DNA of 64,000 nt from Basidiobolus meristosporus CBS 931.73 (GCA_002104905.1 MCFE01000069.1:62001-126000), one strand, 5' to 3'; counted from the stretch's first letter, positions 26,127-40,688 are shown. Translations and numbers: made by a program. The notes: generated by a model not told the origin, from the letters alone.

Positions 26127-29100
26127 CAAGTTCAGCTTGACCAGCCTATATGTGGATGATCTTACCACAGCCACCAACAACCTATAACATTTTGAAGAGA
26201 CTAAATCAAGCCTATCTTAGGAAGGCATGATGTCCAATCTAGGAGGGCTCAGCTGCTATGCAGGGAAAATTTGGCTATTTACAGATGTACACAGATTAAT
26301 ACCCTGAGCTAGTGCAAACCAAAGCATTTTAAGAGAGCTTGGTACCATCTGAAAGCCCAGTATTCCCTTTTGATCTAGGATTAGCAGTTGATATATTATG
26401 CTTGGACATGCCTAGATATTGAATTTTCAGTTGAAGTTTTGAGTCCGCATATTCAGCGCTATAGGTCTAAGCATATTGCAGCAATTAGGCCAATTTTTAG
26501 GTATCTTGAAGGAACTACTAATATTGACTTGAGTTAAATCTATTGGGATTCAGAGCAGAATTATGTGGGATATCTTGATGCCAGAAGATTCACAAAAGGA
26601 CACACTCTGCACAACTGTAAAGGAGTAACTTCAAAAGTTCCAGTAAATAACCATCTGTGGTACTTACTGCCACAGAGGCGGAGTGTGTGGCAGCCTGTGA
26701 AGCTACAAAAGAAGCAATGTAGCTAACTAAGTGTTTTAAAGACTTAATACAATGCCATTTATGTTTAAGAACCACATCTTTGGGTAGGGAAGCTGATGAA
26801 GATGCAAACTTTGGGCATCTGCGGAAAAATGCCGGCCTACAGAACTTTTACTTAGCTAAGAAGCTTAACAGCTTTAGTACTTAACTATAAAATCACAAGG
26901 GCTGAGGATTGCAAGATAAATTTCTGATAGGAATCTGCAAGTTTTTAAACAATAAAGTGCTGACTATAATGTATTTTTTGGGCACATAGAGCTGCTAAAG
27001 TTCAGATTTATTATATTTGGGTGATATTTCATATCTGTACACAGAAGGAACATAAAAGCGGACTAAGTCCTGCCTACCTAATAAGTTAAAAACATCCTAT
27101 TGTAGAGCACTCAGTGACCATTTTGGGATGTAGCTTTCCATATGCAGACATTCTCAGGTCATCACTTTAAGTAAGTCAAAGTATTTCCAGATACATGTTT
27201 GATGTATCTAATAGCAGACTGCCAATAGGTGGCTATCCTATGGGCACAGGCCTTGGCTTGCTCAAAACTCAGCGCTACCAAGAAAGCTTGCTGCCATCTA
27301 AATGCTAAGGCTTCCTGTACCAATCAATTGTTGACAGTCTAGTGGGTACTGCACTTTCAACATGTCAGATGTCCCTATCCACTGAGAGTTGTTGTCTGCA
27401 TAATTAGAACTATGGAACTAATGAACAGGGCAGGAATTGACTAGATATTAGAATGGTGAGGCAATCTGCAGCCAGTAGCTCAAAGCAGATCTATAAATAA
27501 TAATAGCATTAACTCTTGGAATACTTGGATGCTGATGAGGGAAATATTTGGATGACAAGTGAACTGTCACAGAATGCATCCTTGCCCTGTTGAAACAATA
27601 TTAAAGATACGGAAAGTAATTGCAAGAGCAATACTGTGTACCTAATCAGCTTCTGGGTATCCCAAAAGATCCTGATCTCAGTTCTTACAGTTTCACTACA
27701 AGGATATATTGACAGTGTCTTAAGACTATTTATAATAAATCACAACTGCAGTAATACATCAGATCTCTAGGCCTGGTTCAGCTAGTGGACAGCTACAAAG
27801 CATTAGAGCATATTTGGACTTGTGTTAGCGTGATGTACATTGGAGTTCCACCCTGGATTGGTGACAGATGCAGGGGCTTTCCAAATGTGCTATGCTACTT
27901 AGGTTAAGTGGAGTTTTTATTCATCAACAGATAGCTTGCAATGTGTAGCTGCATGTCTACGTAGTTCCATTTGGTTTATCTTTGGTCTAGTTGGAATGAC
28001 TGATAGAGTGCCCATCTATGGCAAGCTGCATATATAATCAGTGTCTGAGCACTCCAGGTTTATGAATCTAGATCCTCTTGGACAAGCTTGATTAGATTCA
28101 ATCAAACATTTTGGATATTGGTGTGTAAAACAAGTTCAGCCACATATGATGTTAAATGCCCTCAAGTAGCAATATTTGGCCTACAGTGAATAGTGAAGTC
28201 AGCAAGACTCAGAGGCTCTTATATAGGTCAATATTCAGATGTTAATTCTTGGTAATAGTCCAACTCTCTAGAGCAATTTTCTATTTACACTACACAAGTG
28301 GGGTATCCTAGTGACAAAGTTTATCAATGTGGAACACTTTCACAATGATTTTGCATCATGTTATATACCACTGCAACTAAAATCAGAGCACTATGGTTAT
28401 TGATTACCAAGTGCATATTGTCTGCTGTCATGCATTCTTACAATAATGCACAGCATTGCTTCCAAAAAAAAGGTCAAGAATTGGATTTTCGCTGGTGGTT
28501 CAATATGCAATATCTAACAGAGCCAGTCTAATTTGTCAAAAGCACTTTTTGGTGTGTGAGATGATTAAGTGCTACAGTGTTAATAAGGTAGTAGAGCTTG
28601 GAGATATCAGAACAAAATGGTATTATAGATATTTCAGTTGGTATTTCATGTGAGAGTCAATGTATACCATTACATGGCCTTAGCAAAGCAAACACCTAGA
28701 ATGTGCCTAGGAAGGTCCCAAAAGCAAGTGTGAAGACTTTGGAGCAGCTTAGACAACTTTGAAATACTCGTGTGCTGGGTATCTGAGGTTTTGATGAAAA
28801 CACTGTGAGTGGGTCCCAACAAGGGATTCTGTCAAGCACTCTAAGTTTGGTAGGTAGTAACTCTTATAACTTGGCTAGGTGAATACAGGGGAGAATTTAC
28901 AGACAATTACAGCAAATATTTCTTGTGTGAGAATCATTATTTGTGGCTGTATTGCATTCAGATATGAGTAGTGTTTTTTGTTGTCACTTGATACTTTTAA
29001 CCTGTATATGATAAAGCTAAAACAAGTAAGTGAAGAGTTCTCAGTCTGTTACAAAGTATTCTACTTAGTTCTGACAACCTCCTGAAAGCTTCAAGTATAT

Positions 29101-32100
29101 CTTACAGAGTGGAGCATTCAATGGAGGCTTACCCAACAGATTTATGTGTTTTATACAACACAAGAAAAAGAAGAGAACTCTGATGACAACAGTAAATAAG
29201 AATACATAGAGTGACAGCTTGGGGCTCAGAGTCATCAGCAAAAGATTTAGCAGTAATGGAAATAACAGGAGTGCAAGTTACTGATGTGGTTCTCATGTAG
29301 GACTCTAAGGAATGTGATAGTTGTATTAATGCTTTACTTGGTTGGTCAAAGCAAAGACCTTGAAGATGCTAGGGAAGATTTAAAAAGTGTGTTCACAAAG
29401 TGAGGTGCTGTTTAAACAGCTTTGCAAAATTTTGTGCTCTGGGTACCAAATATTTTGGTGGACTTACTCTAAGTAAATCCTAATAGGAGATTTGGTTGAG
29501 AAATTAAAGGCTTGAATACAGCTATTTAAGTATCTAAGCAATAGGGGTACTTTAGTTAAGTTACAAACTTTGTCAACCTAGCTAAGTATGTTTGAGATTT
29601 TCACCTATTACAAAAAGCCCCTTCTAAACTATATTAGAATAATGAAGGAGGCATACAATCAATACAAAATTGTACTACTTATTCTAGTACCTAAAGCATA
29701 GATAATAGAAATCATCGCATATATCAAGCTATGAATAATAACTTTGATGACTTCTTTTACTAGCTTACCAATAAAATAAATAATCTTCATTGAGCCATTG
29801 CAAATCAGTGACCACTAAATTTTTGATATAAGCAATATCAAGGTTGTCTAACATTTGAGACAGGACCTCTATAAATAAACACCCTGCATATGTATACATC
29901 ATCTGTGGCATCAGTGCAGCCTATTGATCTGATTTGTACCAATAAAATTGGTTGTGTTGTGGTGGTGTAGAGGTACTCCTGGGAGAAGCTACACAACTCA
30001 AAGTGTGTGAGGTGTCTGATGGGTGCAATAGACTTGATCCATTGTACCATGCCAGGGCGCATGGCACAATCTGCGGTTGTAAAGAATGATTGCACGCAAT
30101 ACTAAAGCTACCAGAAGGCAGGATTGTTCTTGGACAATTTTGCACTATGTGGGACAATCTTGCACACTATGGTACAATCTGACACAATGAGGTTGGCATA
30201 GATGATTGCACTAACTTGAAATATTTGCATCACGTGTGCAATTGGATACCGCTATTATGGCAGATAAAATCCGGTATTTGGATATGTTTCTTTGATGTAA
30301 ATGGAAATAAATGTGTATCAAACTATAAACTACACTGGTACTTACCATTTGGGTTACCATCACTCCAATTGGACGGTATCTCAGTGGTCAATTGGTTCAA
30401 AAGTATCCTGAAGCTGGCAGCCCCCAGTTGGCTCATTGGCTACTAAACAACCTACCTGATTTGCCATCAAATATCCCATTTGCCTATTGAGCAAGTAAAT
30501 CCCTGATCCTAGTGATTGGACAAGGTGTCATAGCTAGCACACAAGCAATTGGGTAGGTGCAAAACAGATCCAATAGCTGCACTGGTATTACAGATGATGT
30601 ATATATATGCAGGGTGTTTATTTATAGGGGTTCTGTCTCAGATATGAGACAACCTTGATATTACTTATATCAAGAATTTGATGATCACTGATTTGCAATG
30701 GCTTGATTTGGATTGCAAAAAAAATGGGTTGTTGGGATCATTACAAATGTGAGCAATTCAAAGCAATTACATCATCTTCTCCTGGGTTTTTTTCTTACAG
30801 GGATCACTACTGAAGCCTTTGGTAGTGACTCTCTTTTCACATCTATACTACTTCCTTGCTGACTATCATCTTGGCTACTTGTGTATTTGTAGTCAGTATC
30901 TTGCCTCCTAGTTGATAAGTGCAATGCTGCAGCTTAGCTGCGCTGAATTGCTCCGACTGGACCAACTGAACCGGACTGGAGTGCCACATGCTGACACGTT
31001 CTTTTACTTGCCAAGGGCTCAGGTGGTTAAGGCACTTCATGTTGGTCATCATCAGTCAGTTCACCAGAAGTAACTTGCTGATGGTTTGGCAGAATGGCAA
31101 GCGCAGGCACTCCTTGACATGCTGATATGGCCTTTGTCTGAGTTTGATGTGATGCTGCATGTTGACGTGACTTGTTCTGTTCCAATGGACTTGTGTCTAA
31201 GTGAGCAGTTTGGCAAGTTCTGGTAGTTTTGCTCTGAACCATGTGCATTGAACCAACTCACGTTGACTTGATGTGGGGCGTGCTGTGGTTGCAAGAGATG
31301 GTAAGGAATCCAGTGAGGCATGCTGGCGCAATCTGGACAATGTTGCTGGCGGTCTGTATTCTTCCTCCTGAAGCTCACAATCTGATTCCTCAAGGTATTC
31401 ACTTACCCTCTGTCTGGTACTTTGGAGCTGTTGCCTGGATGAGTCCTGCGTATATTGCTCTTAGAAGCTACTTAGCTCTACTAATATATCACGTAGTACA
31501 TCAGTCATTTGAGGCAAAAACTCATTCAAAATCTCTTTGGTTCCCAAAGTTGAGGCACAAACATATGCGTCCAGCCCATACTGTGCAAATTGCGCGCAAA
31601 ATTGTTCCCACACGGCTTCTTCATCAAATCCCCTCACTCTCAGCTCATTCTTGATTTAAATAGTTAGACTTGTTCCATTGTACCGTGCCAGGGCGCGCGG
31701 CGCAATCTGTGGTTGTAAAGAACAATTGGGCGCAATATTATAGCTACCACAAGGCAGGATTGTTCTTGGACAATTTTGCACTATACAGGACAATCTCTTA
31801 AACTATGGCACAATCTGACACAAGGAGGTTGGCACGGATGATTGCGCCAACTTGTAATGTTTGCATCACGTGTGCAATTGGATACCGCTATTATGCAAGG
31901 TAAAATCTGGTATTTGGACATGTTTCTTCAATGCAAATGGAAATAAATGTGTATCACACTATAAACTCACCAATACTGACCATCTTGGTTACCATCACTC
32001 CAATTGGACAGTGTCTCAGTGGTTAATTGGTCCAAAAGTATCCGGAAGCTGGCAGCCCCCAAATGGCTCATTGACTACTGAAAAAGCTACTTGATTTGCC

Positions 32101-35100
32101 ATCAAATATCCCATTTTGCCTATTGAGCAAGTAAATCCCAGATCCTAGTGATTGGACAAGGTGTCATAGCTAGCACACAAGCAATTGGGTAGGTGCAAAA
32201 CAGATCCAATAGCTGCACTGGTATTACAGATGATGTATATATATGCAGGGTGTTTATTTATAGGGGTTCTGTCTCAGATGTGCAACAACCTTGATATTAC
32301 TTATATCAAAAATTTGATGATCACTGATTTGCAATGGCTTGATTTGGATTGCAAAAAAAATGGGTTGTTGGGATCATTACAAATGTGAGCAATTCAAAGC
32401 AATTGCATCATCTTCTCCTGGGTTTTTTTCTCACAGGGATCACTACTGAAGCATTTGGTAGTGACTCACTTTGCACACCTATACTACTTCCTGGCTGACT
32501 ATCATCTTGGCTACTTGTGTATTTGTAGTCAGTATTTTGCCTCCTAGTTGATGAGTGCAATGCTGCAGCTTGGCTGCGCTGAATTGCTCAAACTGAACTA
32601 ACTGAACCAGCCTGTAGCACCACGCGCTGACGCGTTCTTTTACTTGCTAAGGGCTCTGGTGGTTGAGGCACTTCATGTTGGTCATCATCAGTCAGTTCAC
32701 CAGAAGTAACTTGCTGATGGTCAGGCAAAATGACACACGCAGGTGCTCCTTGATGCGTTGAGATGGCCCTTGGCAGAGTTTGATGTGATGCTGCATGTTG
32801 ACGTGACTTGGTTGGCTCCAATGGACTTGTGTCTAAATTAGCAGTTTGGCAAGTTCTTGTAGTTTTGCTCTGAAGCGCGCGCGTTGACCCAATGCACATT
32901 GACTCAATGTGGGCGTTCTGGTAAAGAGTGTTGGCGTGGTCTGGACTGGCGTGTGCTGGCATGCTGTGGTTGCTAGAGATGGTAGGGAATCCAGCAAGGC
33001 ATGCTGGCTCAATCTGGACAATCTTGCTTGCGGTCTGTATTCTTCCTCCTGAAGCACACCATCTGATTCCTCAAGGTATTCACTTACCCTCTGTCTGATA
33101 CTTTGGAGCTGTTGCCTGGATCAGTCCTGTGTATATTGCTCTTAGAAGCTACTTAGCTCTACTAATATATCATGTAGTACATCAGTCATTTGAGGCAAAA
33201 ACTCATTCAAAATCTCTTTGGTTCCCAGAGTTGAGGCACAAACATATGCATCCAGCCCATACTGTGCAAATTGCATGCAAAATTGTTCCTGTGTGGCTTC
33301 CCCATCAAATCCCCTCACTCTCATCTCATTCTGATTTCAGTACTTGTCTTGTTATATATCTTATTACAGACATCTGCTGGCGTCCGGTCTGTACTGTGCA
33401 AATTGCGCACAAAATTGTTCCCGCGCGACTTCTTTGTCAAATCCCCTCACTCCTAGCTCATTCTTGACTTCAATACTTGTCTTGTTATATATCTTTTTAC
33501 ATACATTGGCTGGCATTTGATGTAGAACTCATGCCACAGCTTTCTACTCAAATTCTTCCATCTTTGTCAACTCTTCAAGGTATCTAGTTCTGCTAGATTA
33601 ATCAGTAGTGCCCAAATATCTGTATTAAGGCTCATCATAGACACTTGGGCCATACCAAAATCATTTGGCAAGAACTCAAACATATCCAACATTAACTTTT
33701 CCGGTCCAGACCGTGCTTGTGAGCTGGGGGATGGGTTTTGTCTGGGTTGTACCAAAGATGAGTTGAGACTTGGTATGGGGAGCATAGCAACAGATTTGGA
33801 TACTTATACAGCAGTATACTGGCTTTAACCTGGTCTTACATGATATATATATGAAAACTAATGTGATTGTTGAATTTTCCATATATTATGAATGATGCAT
33901 CTTGAATTGTGTTGACACGGATCAGATCACATCAATTGCAGAATTCTTATCTGATTATAGACCTATGATTAAAGCATCAATAAAAGTACCAAGGCATTGT
34001 TTGTCGATGATTTTTGCAACATAATGATGGGATACATGGCAATTGATGGAGATTTAACCATAATGCATTAAAAATCAGATAAATAATGCAGATCACGCCA
34101 AATCAATTCAAACCACCTCCATACAATCTCCACCAATTTTAATATGACTTACTCATCTGAATGGTCTTTTCTCATCAATCCCATCATTACCACTGGATTT
34201 CCTTTTGACACACTGGAGGAGATCTATACCAAGTACTGTGGACCATCAACCCCAATCTACTCAAGGAGATCCCCTGTTAAGCTTCTCTGCTATTACAAGA
34301 ACTATTGCCCTAATAGGTTTCATCCTTCCATCCATGGCAACAAAAGTCCTAGAAGCTTTCATTTCCAGCTGACAGCAATGGAGAACCACCTTGTTGAGTG
34401 TATGAATGACTTGGAGCAATCTTGGAATACTAGGTTCAGAGGCTCAATAGACTTGCATATCCCACAGTGTTCAGCAACAGGTTTCATATTAAGAGTATTT
34501 TGGATACCTTCCCAGTGAGGATTAACCAACCTTCTAGAGGGCAGAGGCATTTTGATTCTGGCAAGTACAAGGCACACTGTATGAAGTTTCAAGCACTGTC
34601 TGACATTGAGGGTAACATCATCTGGTTTAGTGGGCCATTTGCTGGAAGTGGGCATGACAAAGCACTTTGGGTAGAGAATCATCCTGAATTTAGTAGAGGG
34701 GAGAAATGTATGGCAGACTTAGCCTATATAGGACAGGATTGTCACAGATTAGGATGTATTACAGCTTATAGGAAGCCAAGGAATGGTGTGCTTAGCAGGA
34801 AGCAGAAGCTTGACAATGAGATATTAGACTTATTCCATTGTACCGTGCCAGGGCGCGCGGCGCAGTCTGCGGTTGTAAAGAACAATTGGGCGCGATATTA
34901 TAGCTACCAGAAGGCAGGATCGTTCTTGGACGATTTTGCACTATGCGGGACAATCTCGCACACTATGGCACATTCTGACACAATGAGGTTGGCGCGGATG
35001 ATTGTGCCAACTCGTAATGTTTGCATCACATGCACAATTGGATACCACTATAATGGCAGTTAAAATCCAGTATTTGGATATGTTTCTTTAATGTAAATGG

Positions 35101-36554
35101 AAATAAATGTGTATCACACTATAAACATCACTGATACTTATCATTTTTGTTACCCTCACTCCAATTGGATGGTATCTCAGTGGTTAATTGGTCCAAAAGT
35201 ATCCTGAAGCAGGCAGCCCCCAATTGGCTCATTGACTACTGAAAAAGCTATCTGATTCGCCATCAAATATCCCATTTTGCCCATTGAGCAAGTAAATCCC
35301 TGATCCTAGTGATTGGACAAGGTGTCATAGCTAGCACGCAAGCGATCATATAGGTGCAAAACAGATCCAATAGCTGCACTGGTATTACAGATGACGTATA
35401 TATATGCAGGATGTTTATTTATAGGGGTTCTGTCTCAAATGTGAGATGACCTTGATATTACTTATATCAAAAATTTGATGATCACTAATTTGCGATGGCT
35501 AGATTTGGATCGCAAAAAAAAAGTGCTGTTGGGATCATTACAAATGTGAGCAATTCAAAGCGATTGCATCATCTTCTCCTGGGTTTTTTTCTCTCAGGGA
35601 TTACTACTGAAGCATTTGGTAGTGACTCACTTTGCACACCTATACTACTTCCTGGCTGACTATCATCTTGGCTACTTGTGTATTTGTAGTCAGTATTTTG
35701 CCTCCTAGTTGATGAGTGCAATGCTGCAGCTTGGCCGTGCTGAATTGCTCCAACTGAACCAACTGAACCGGCCTGTAGTGCCATGCGCTGATGCGTTCTT
35801 TTACTTGCCAAGGGCTCCGGTGGTTGAGGCACTTCATGTTGGTCATCATCAGTCAGTTCACCAGAAGTAACTCGCTGATGGTCAAGCAAAACGGCACGCG
35901 CAGGCGCGCCTTGACGCGTTGAGATGGCCCTTGGCTGAGTTAAATGTGATGCCGCTTGTTGAGGCGACTTGGTCCGCTCCAATGGACTTGTGTCTAAATG
36001 AGCAGTTTGGCAAGTTCTTGTGGTTTTGCTCTGAAGCGCGCGCGTTGACCCAACATGCATCGACTCAATGCGAGTTGACTTGACGCGGGCCGTTCTGGTG
36101 AAGGGTGTTGGCATGGTCTGGACTGACGTGCCCTGGCGCGCTGTGGTTGCAAGAGATGGTAGGGAATCCAGCAAGGTGTTACAAGTCTTGGTATAAGAGT
36201 TGTAGAGGAATAGGGAGTTTAGCTAGTATTGTATTCACTAAAACTTGAACTGATTTTTATTGAGGTTCCAGCAGCTCCTTATATACATTTTGCCAGATCA
36301 ATTGCTGACTAATTGTATTTCCTAATGTAGGTTGTGGCTGATGACTCATTTGATTGCATCATCATCACCCAATAAGATCCTACTTAATATATCTATTTCT
36401 GTCTGATAAGGATCTGCTGATTCATTTGCTGACTAATGCTACTGATTTCATAGATAATACTGATGTACTGATAACCTAAACATATACTAACTGATTTGAC
36501 TAAAAACTGATCTAACTTAAACATTCAAACGGCAGATCATAACATTCTCCCCTA

Positions 36555-39500
36555 CTAAAGTTGAGAGGGTTCTCCTGAATCTCTTTTCTTGTGATACCAA
36601 TATCTTGATGGTTCAGTATTATCAGCAAGTCTTGCAAGCTTGAGTCTGTCCCTATGCACTAAGTCTTCCCGGATATTGCCTTGTTTGTCCACCAGTTGGT
36701 AAGTTGCAAATGGACATTCTCTGATGATCTTGAATGGTCCTGTCCATTGTGGCTCAAACTTCTTCCGAGTGTTGTTTCTTAGCAATACAAAGTTCCCAAC
36801 TGTCAATGCTTCTGGTGCTATAGTCTTATCAAATCTCTGCTTCATCTTTTCTGCACTTTGAGATACTTTGGTCTGTGCCTCTTGACGTCTTTGTTCCAGT
36901 TGCTGGTGTCTACTTGGCTGACTGAGTTCATCTTCTAAGGTGTCTGTAAGCTTTGGTTGTGTGAGATCTCCTGGAATCCTTGGTTCACATCCATAAACTA
37001 AGTAAAATGGTGATTGCTGGGTGGTGTTGTGTACTCTGACTCTGCATGCAAAGAGTGCTTGGTCTATATACTCATCCCACCTACTGACAACTCCATTTGC
37101 ATACTTGGTCAGCATTTTTCCAAATAATCCATTAAACCGCTCAGTGACTCCATTAGTTCTGGGGTGATATGCCGAGGTTTTCAAGTGTCTGATCTGCTGC
37201 ATTTCCAGGTAAGCCTCTAATGTCTTTGCCATAAAGTTTGCACCTCTATTGGATAAGATCTCCACAGGGCATCCAAACTTCATCAGGATCTCATGGTAAA
37301 TGAAACTTGCAACTTCTTGTTCACTGGCTATTGGTACAGCTTTAGCAACTGGCCATTTAGTGGCATGGTCAATTGCTACTAGGATCCAACGGTTGCATTT
37401 CCTGGTAGTTGGCAGTCTTCCAATAAAGTCAATTCCCCATCTCTCAAATGGTCTTACAGGCTCCAAAGGGAAGAGTTCGGCAATTCTTTGTGGCTGGCCT
37501 TGATTGATTTGGCAGTTTGGGCATGTTTTTACTAGCTTCTCAATGTCTTGTTTCATTCTGGGCCACCATGCTCTGGCTTTTACAAGGCTATAGGTTCCTT
37601 CAATCCCAAGATGTCCATATCCATTGTGTAGCTTATGTATTAAATCCAGGCGAGCAACATAAGGACAATAGGCAATAGGGCTTCCATCAACAATTCGGTA
37701 GAGTGTTTCATTCTGTACAACAAATTTGCTGGCCTCATCACGGATTATCTTCTTGATATCTTCATCCACCTCATTAGGAATGGCTTGGTCCTCCAAGTAC
37801 TTTGGTAATAGGCTAGGCCAATCTGATTCATGCACCAAGTTGAGTTGTGCAACTTGATCTAATCTTGATAAGGCATCAGCAACCGTGTTGTTTTTTCCAG
37901 GACAGTAGACAATCTCCAGGTCAAATTGCTGAATGTATTCACTCCATCTTGTCATTCTTCTAGAGAGTACCTTCTGAGTAAATACATACTTGAGGGAGGC
38001 ATGATCAGTCTTCACAGTGCATTTGACTCCTTCAATATAGCATCTCCATGTCTTCAAACAGTGTATTATAGCAAGCATCTCCTTCTCATGAACTGGATAG
38101 TTTTGTTCTGCTGAGTTCAGTTTCTTGGATTCAAAGGCAACAGGGTAGTCCTTTCCCTCGTGTTCTTGGCTCAGCACTCCACCAATTGCATAATCTGAAG
38201 CATCTGTGCACAGAGTGAACTCTTTTCTGAAGTCTGGTATTCTTAAGCTTGGCAGCTTAGCAAGTTCATTCTTTAGTGTCTGGAAGGCAGTCTCACAAGC
38301 TATGTCCCACTTGTAGGTATTGTCTTTCTTGAGGATATCAGTTATAGGGGCTGCAATACTTGCAAATGACTTGACAAATCTCCGATAATAGGAAACCATT
38401 CCAAGGAAGGATCTGAGTTCTGATATGCTATGGGGCTGCTTCAAATTCTTGATTACTTCCACCTTCTTGGGTTCTAAGGTTACTCCTGTGCTAGTCACTA
38501 TGTGTCCCAGATATTCTACGTGTTCCTTGAAGAATTCACACTTGGCTAGCTTGCCGTATAGCTTGTTCTCTCTTAGTTTCTTCAAGACCTTTTCAATGTG
38601 CACCATGTGATCCTTTTCTGTCTTGCTGTATATCAATATGTCATCCAGGTAGATTATCACAAACTTGTCTAAGTACTCCTGAAAGACAGTCTGCATCAGC
38701 GTCATGAATGTTGCAGGGGCATTAGTGAGGCCAAAACTCATGACTAAGTACTCGTAATGTCCATATCTGGTCCTGAATGCTGTCTTAGGGATATCTTCTG
38801 GTTTCACCCTAATCTGGTTGTATCCTGACATGAGGTCGATCTTGCTGAAAATAGTGGCTCCATTAAGTTGGTCCAAAAGCTCATCAATCCGAGGTATGGG
38901 GTACTTATTCTTGACGGTAACTGAGTTCAGGGCTCTGTAGTCAATGCACATCCTAAGTGTTCCATCCTTCTTTTTCACAAAAAGCACTGGTGCTCCCCAA
39001 GGTGACTTGCTGGGCCTGATGTATCCTTGCTCCAATAGCTGATCAATTTGTTTCTTCATTTCCTCCAATTCCAATGGACTCATTCTGTAAGGTGTCTTGC
39101 TCACTGGAGGGCTATCTCCTGTGTCAATGGCATGATCCACGTCTCTGACTGGTGGTAGGCTTACAAGCTCATCTGGAAACACGTCTGAATATTTCTTCAA
39201 GAGAGTCTGGACCTGCTGGGGTGCTGGGATAGAGGAATCCTCCTGTAATACCGCCATGAGGAACATCTGGGTACCTTTTCTAAGTGCTCTACAGAACTGG
39301 GTCTTGCTAAGTTCACTTGTCTCACACACACTGGAATTGACCAAGTTGAAATCCAGCCTGGCAGGTAATAGCTCATAGGTCTTGTTGTCTTTTTGGATCT
39401 GAGTAGCATGGGTTCTCCAGTTGATTGATGGATTACGACAAAATAGCCATGTTTTCCCAAGTACAAGGTCAAACTTGCAGTTCCCAAATATATAAGCCTG

Positions 39501-40688
39501 TAGGTCTTCTTCATAGTCATTGATCTTCATTCTTACTGGCTGGGTAATACGGTTGATTATGTGGGAGTTCCCATCAGCTGTGGAGACTGAAGTTGATTTG
39601 GTAGGTTCCGAGTTGATTCCAGCTTTCAAAGCAAATTGCTCTGACATGTACTCATGCGATGCTCCTGAGTCAATCATGATCTTGGCAGGTACTCCATTGA
39701 TTGCTCCATTCAGGTACAATAACTTCCCTGAGTTTGAAGTCATTTGGGACAAGTACTCTTCTGTCATATGGAAGGTGAGTTCCGAGTCTTCTTCAAGCTC
39801 ATCTTCCTCATTATTGTGTTTATGGGACTCAATATGGTTGAAGGTTCTTGTTGGCTGGTGTCCATTTCTTCTCTGAGGGCAGTACTTTGCAATATGTCCC
39901 TGCTGGTGGCAATTGAAACAAAGTCCTCTCTTCTTGCATTCTTCTGAGGAGGGATTCTTCTGCATAGCGTCTATTTCCATTGGTACTGCTTCTGATTGTC
40001 TTCTTTCATAATGATTATAGCCTTTCTGACTAGTCACCGTAGGCTTCCCAACTCCAAACATAGCTGAGTCATAGTCAATGGCAATCTTGATGGCTTCTTC
40101 AATAGTCTGAGGTCTTCGGTAATTGACTTCCTTGCGAGTTCTTTCTTTCAACCCATCAATAAAGTATTCAACTTGATCCAAGGGGTCCATTCTTTCAATT
40201 TGTCCAAGTAGACATCTGTACTCATAGATGTATTCTTGCACCATTCCTTTCTGTCTGAGTGTCTTTAACTTCCTTCTTAGTAGTGTCTGCTGGTGCGGAG
40301 GTTCAAAAGCATCCCGCATTTCCAACACAAACTCATCCCAGGTAGAGATTGTAGAGCATCCCATCATAGTAGCTGACCTGATCTTGTTGTGGTACCACTG
40401 TAAAGCTGCATCTGCCAGGTAAGAAGCTGCATAATGCAACTTGCTCTCTGGAGCAATTCCTTTAGCTTTAAAAGCTTCTTCAATCTGAAAGAGCCAAGTT
40501 CCCAGGTTTTCATTGACTCTGCCATGGTACCGGTTGACCTTCACACTAAAGTTGCTCTTGACAGGGCTTTGCTGGCTCTGAGCCATGGTAGTCATTCCTT
40601 GTTGCTGTTGGCTGAGGATCTGGAGTAGCTGTTGCTGTTGGGCCAGGATTTGCTGCATGGCATTCTTCCATTCTTGATTGTCCGACAT
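36555..40688 (-). CDS. gag-pol: Uninterrupted 1,377-aa gag-pol polyprotein (Gag-ZnK-PR-RT-RH-IN, no chromodomain)
   Basis: [74 protein letters not shown]. The second IN catalytic position reads N (SNRG). Confidence 0.97.
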   Translation of the reverse strand: MSDNQEWKNAMQQILAQQQQLLQILSQQQQGMTTMAQSQQSPVKSNFSVKVNRYHGRVNENLGTWLFQIEEAFKAKGIAPESKLHYAASYLADAALQWYHNKIRSATMMGCSTISTWDEFVLEMRDAFEPPHQQTLLRRKLKTLRQKGMVQEYIYEYRCLLGQIERMDPLDQVEYFIDGLKERTRKEVNYRRPQTIEEAIKIAIDYDSAMFGVGKPTVTSQKGYNHYERRQSEAVPMEIDAMQKNPSSEECKKRGLCFNCHQQGHIAKYCPQRRNGHQPTRTFNHIESHKHNNEEDELEEDSELTFHMTEEYLSQMTSNSGKLLYLNGAINGVPAKIMIDSGASHEYMSEQFALKAGINSEPTKSTSVSTADGNSHIINRITQPVRMKINDYEEDLQAYIFGNCKFDLVLGKTWLFCRNPSINWRTHATQIQKDNKTYELLPARLDFNLVNSSVCETSELSKTQFCRALRKGTQMFLMAVLQEDSSIPAPQQVQTLLKKYSDVFPDELVSLPPVRDVDHAIDTGDSPPVSKTPYRMSPLELEEMKKQIDQLLEQGYIRPSKSPWGAPVLFVKKKDGTLRMCIDYRALNSVTVKNKYPIPRIDELLDQLNGATIFSKIDLMSGYNQIRVKPEDIPKTAFRTRYGHYEYLVMSFGLTNAPATFMTLMQTVFQEYLDKFVIIYLDDILIYSKTEKDHMVHIEKVLKKLRENKLYGKLAKCEFFKEHVEYLGHIVTSTGVTLEPKKVEVIKNLKQPHSISELRSFLGMVSYYRRFVKSFASIAAPITDILKKDNTYKWDIACETAFQTLKNELAKLPSLRIPDFRKEFTLCTDASDYAIGGVLSQEHEGKDYPVAFESKKLNSAEQNYPVHEKEMLAIIHCLKTWRCYIEGVKCTVKTDHASLKYVFTQKVLSRRMTRWSEYIQQFDLEIVYCPGKNNTVADALSRLDQVAQLNLVHESDWPSLLPKYLEDQAIPNEVDEDIKKIIRDEASKFVVQNETLYRIVDGSPIAYCPYVARLDLIHKLHNGYGHLGIEGTYSLVKARAWWPRMKQDIEKLVKTCPNCQINQGQPQRIAELFPLEPVRPFERWGIDFIGRLPTTRKCNRWILVAIDHATKWPVAKAVPIASEQEVASFIYHEILMKFGCPVEILSNRGANFMAKTLEAYLEMQQIRHLKTSAYHPRTNGVTERFNGLFGKMLTKYANGVVSRWDEYIDQALFACRVRVHNTTQQSPFYLVYGCEPRIPGDLTQPKLTDTLEDELSQPSRHQQLEQRRQEAQTKVSQSAEKMKQRFDKTIAPEALTVGNFVLLRNNTRKKFEPQWTGPFKIIRECPFATYQLVDKQGNIREDLVHRDRLKLARLADNTEPSRYWYHKKRDSGEPSQL

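Larger units (their letters stand above)
20850..26760 (+). pseudogene. pol: Ty1/Copia RT-RNaseH relic split by the Ty3 element (parts about 20850-21188 and 26127-26760)
   Basis: Left part NTIRLILAIVA..HLDISTAL..ENAYLGQPGRF. Right part LYVDDL, CLDIEFSV, FRYLEGT, TATEAECVAACEATKEA. Confidence 0.8.

Noticed and set aside
26800-29800. Possible host gene or novel element in the unassigned stretch
   Set aside because: No ORF of meaningful length and no recognisable motif apart from two fragments of the LTR-like repeat.
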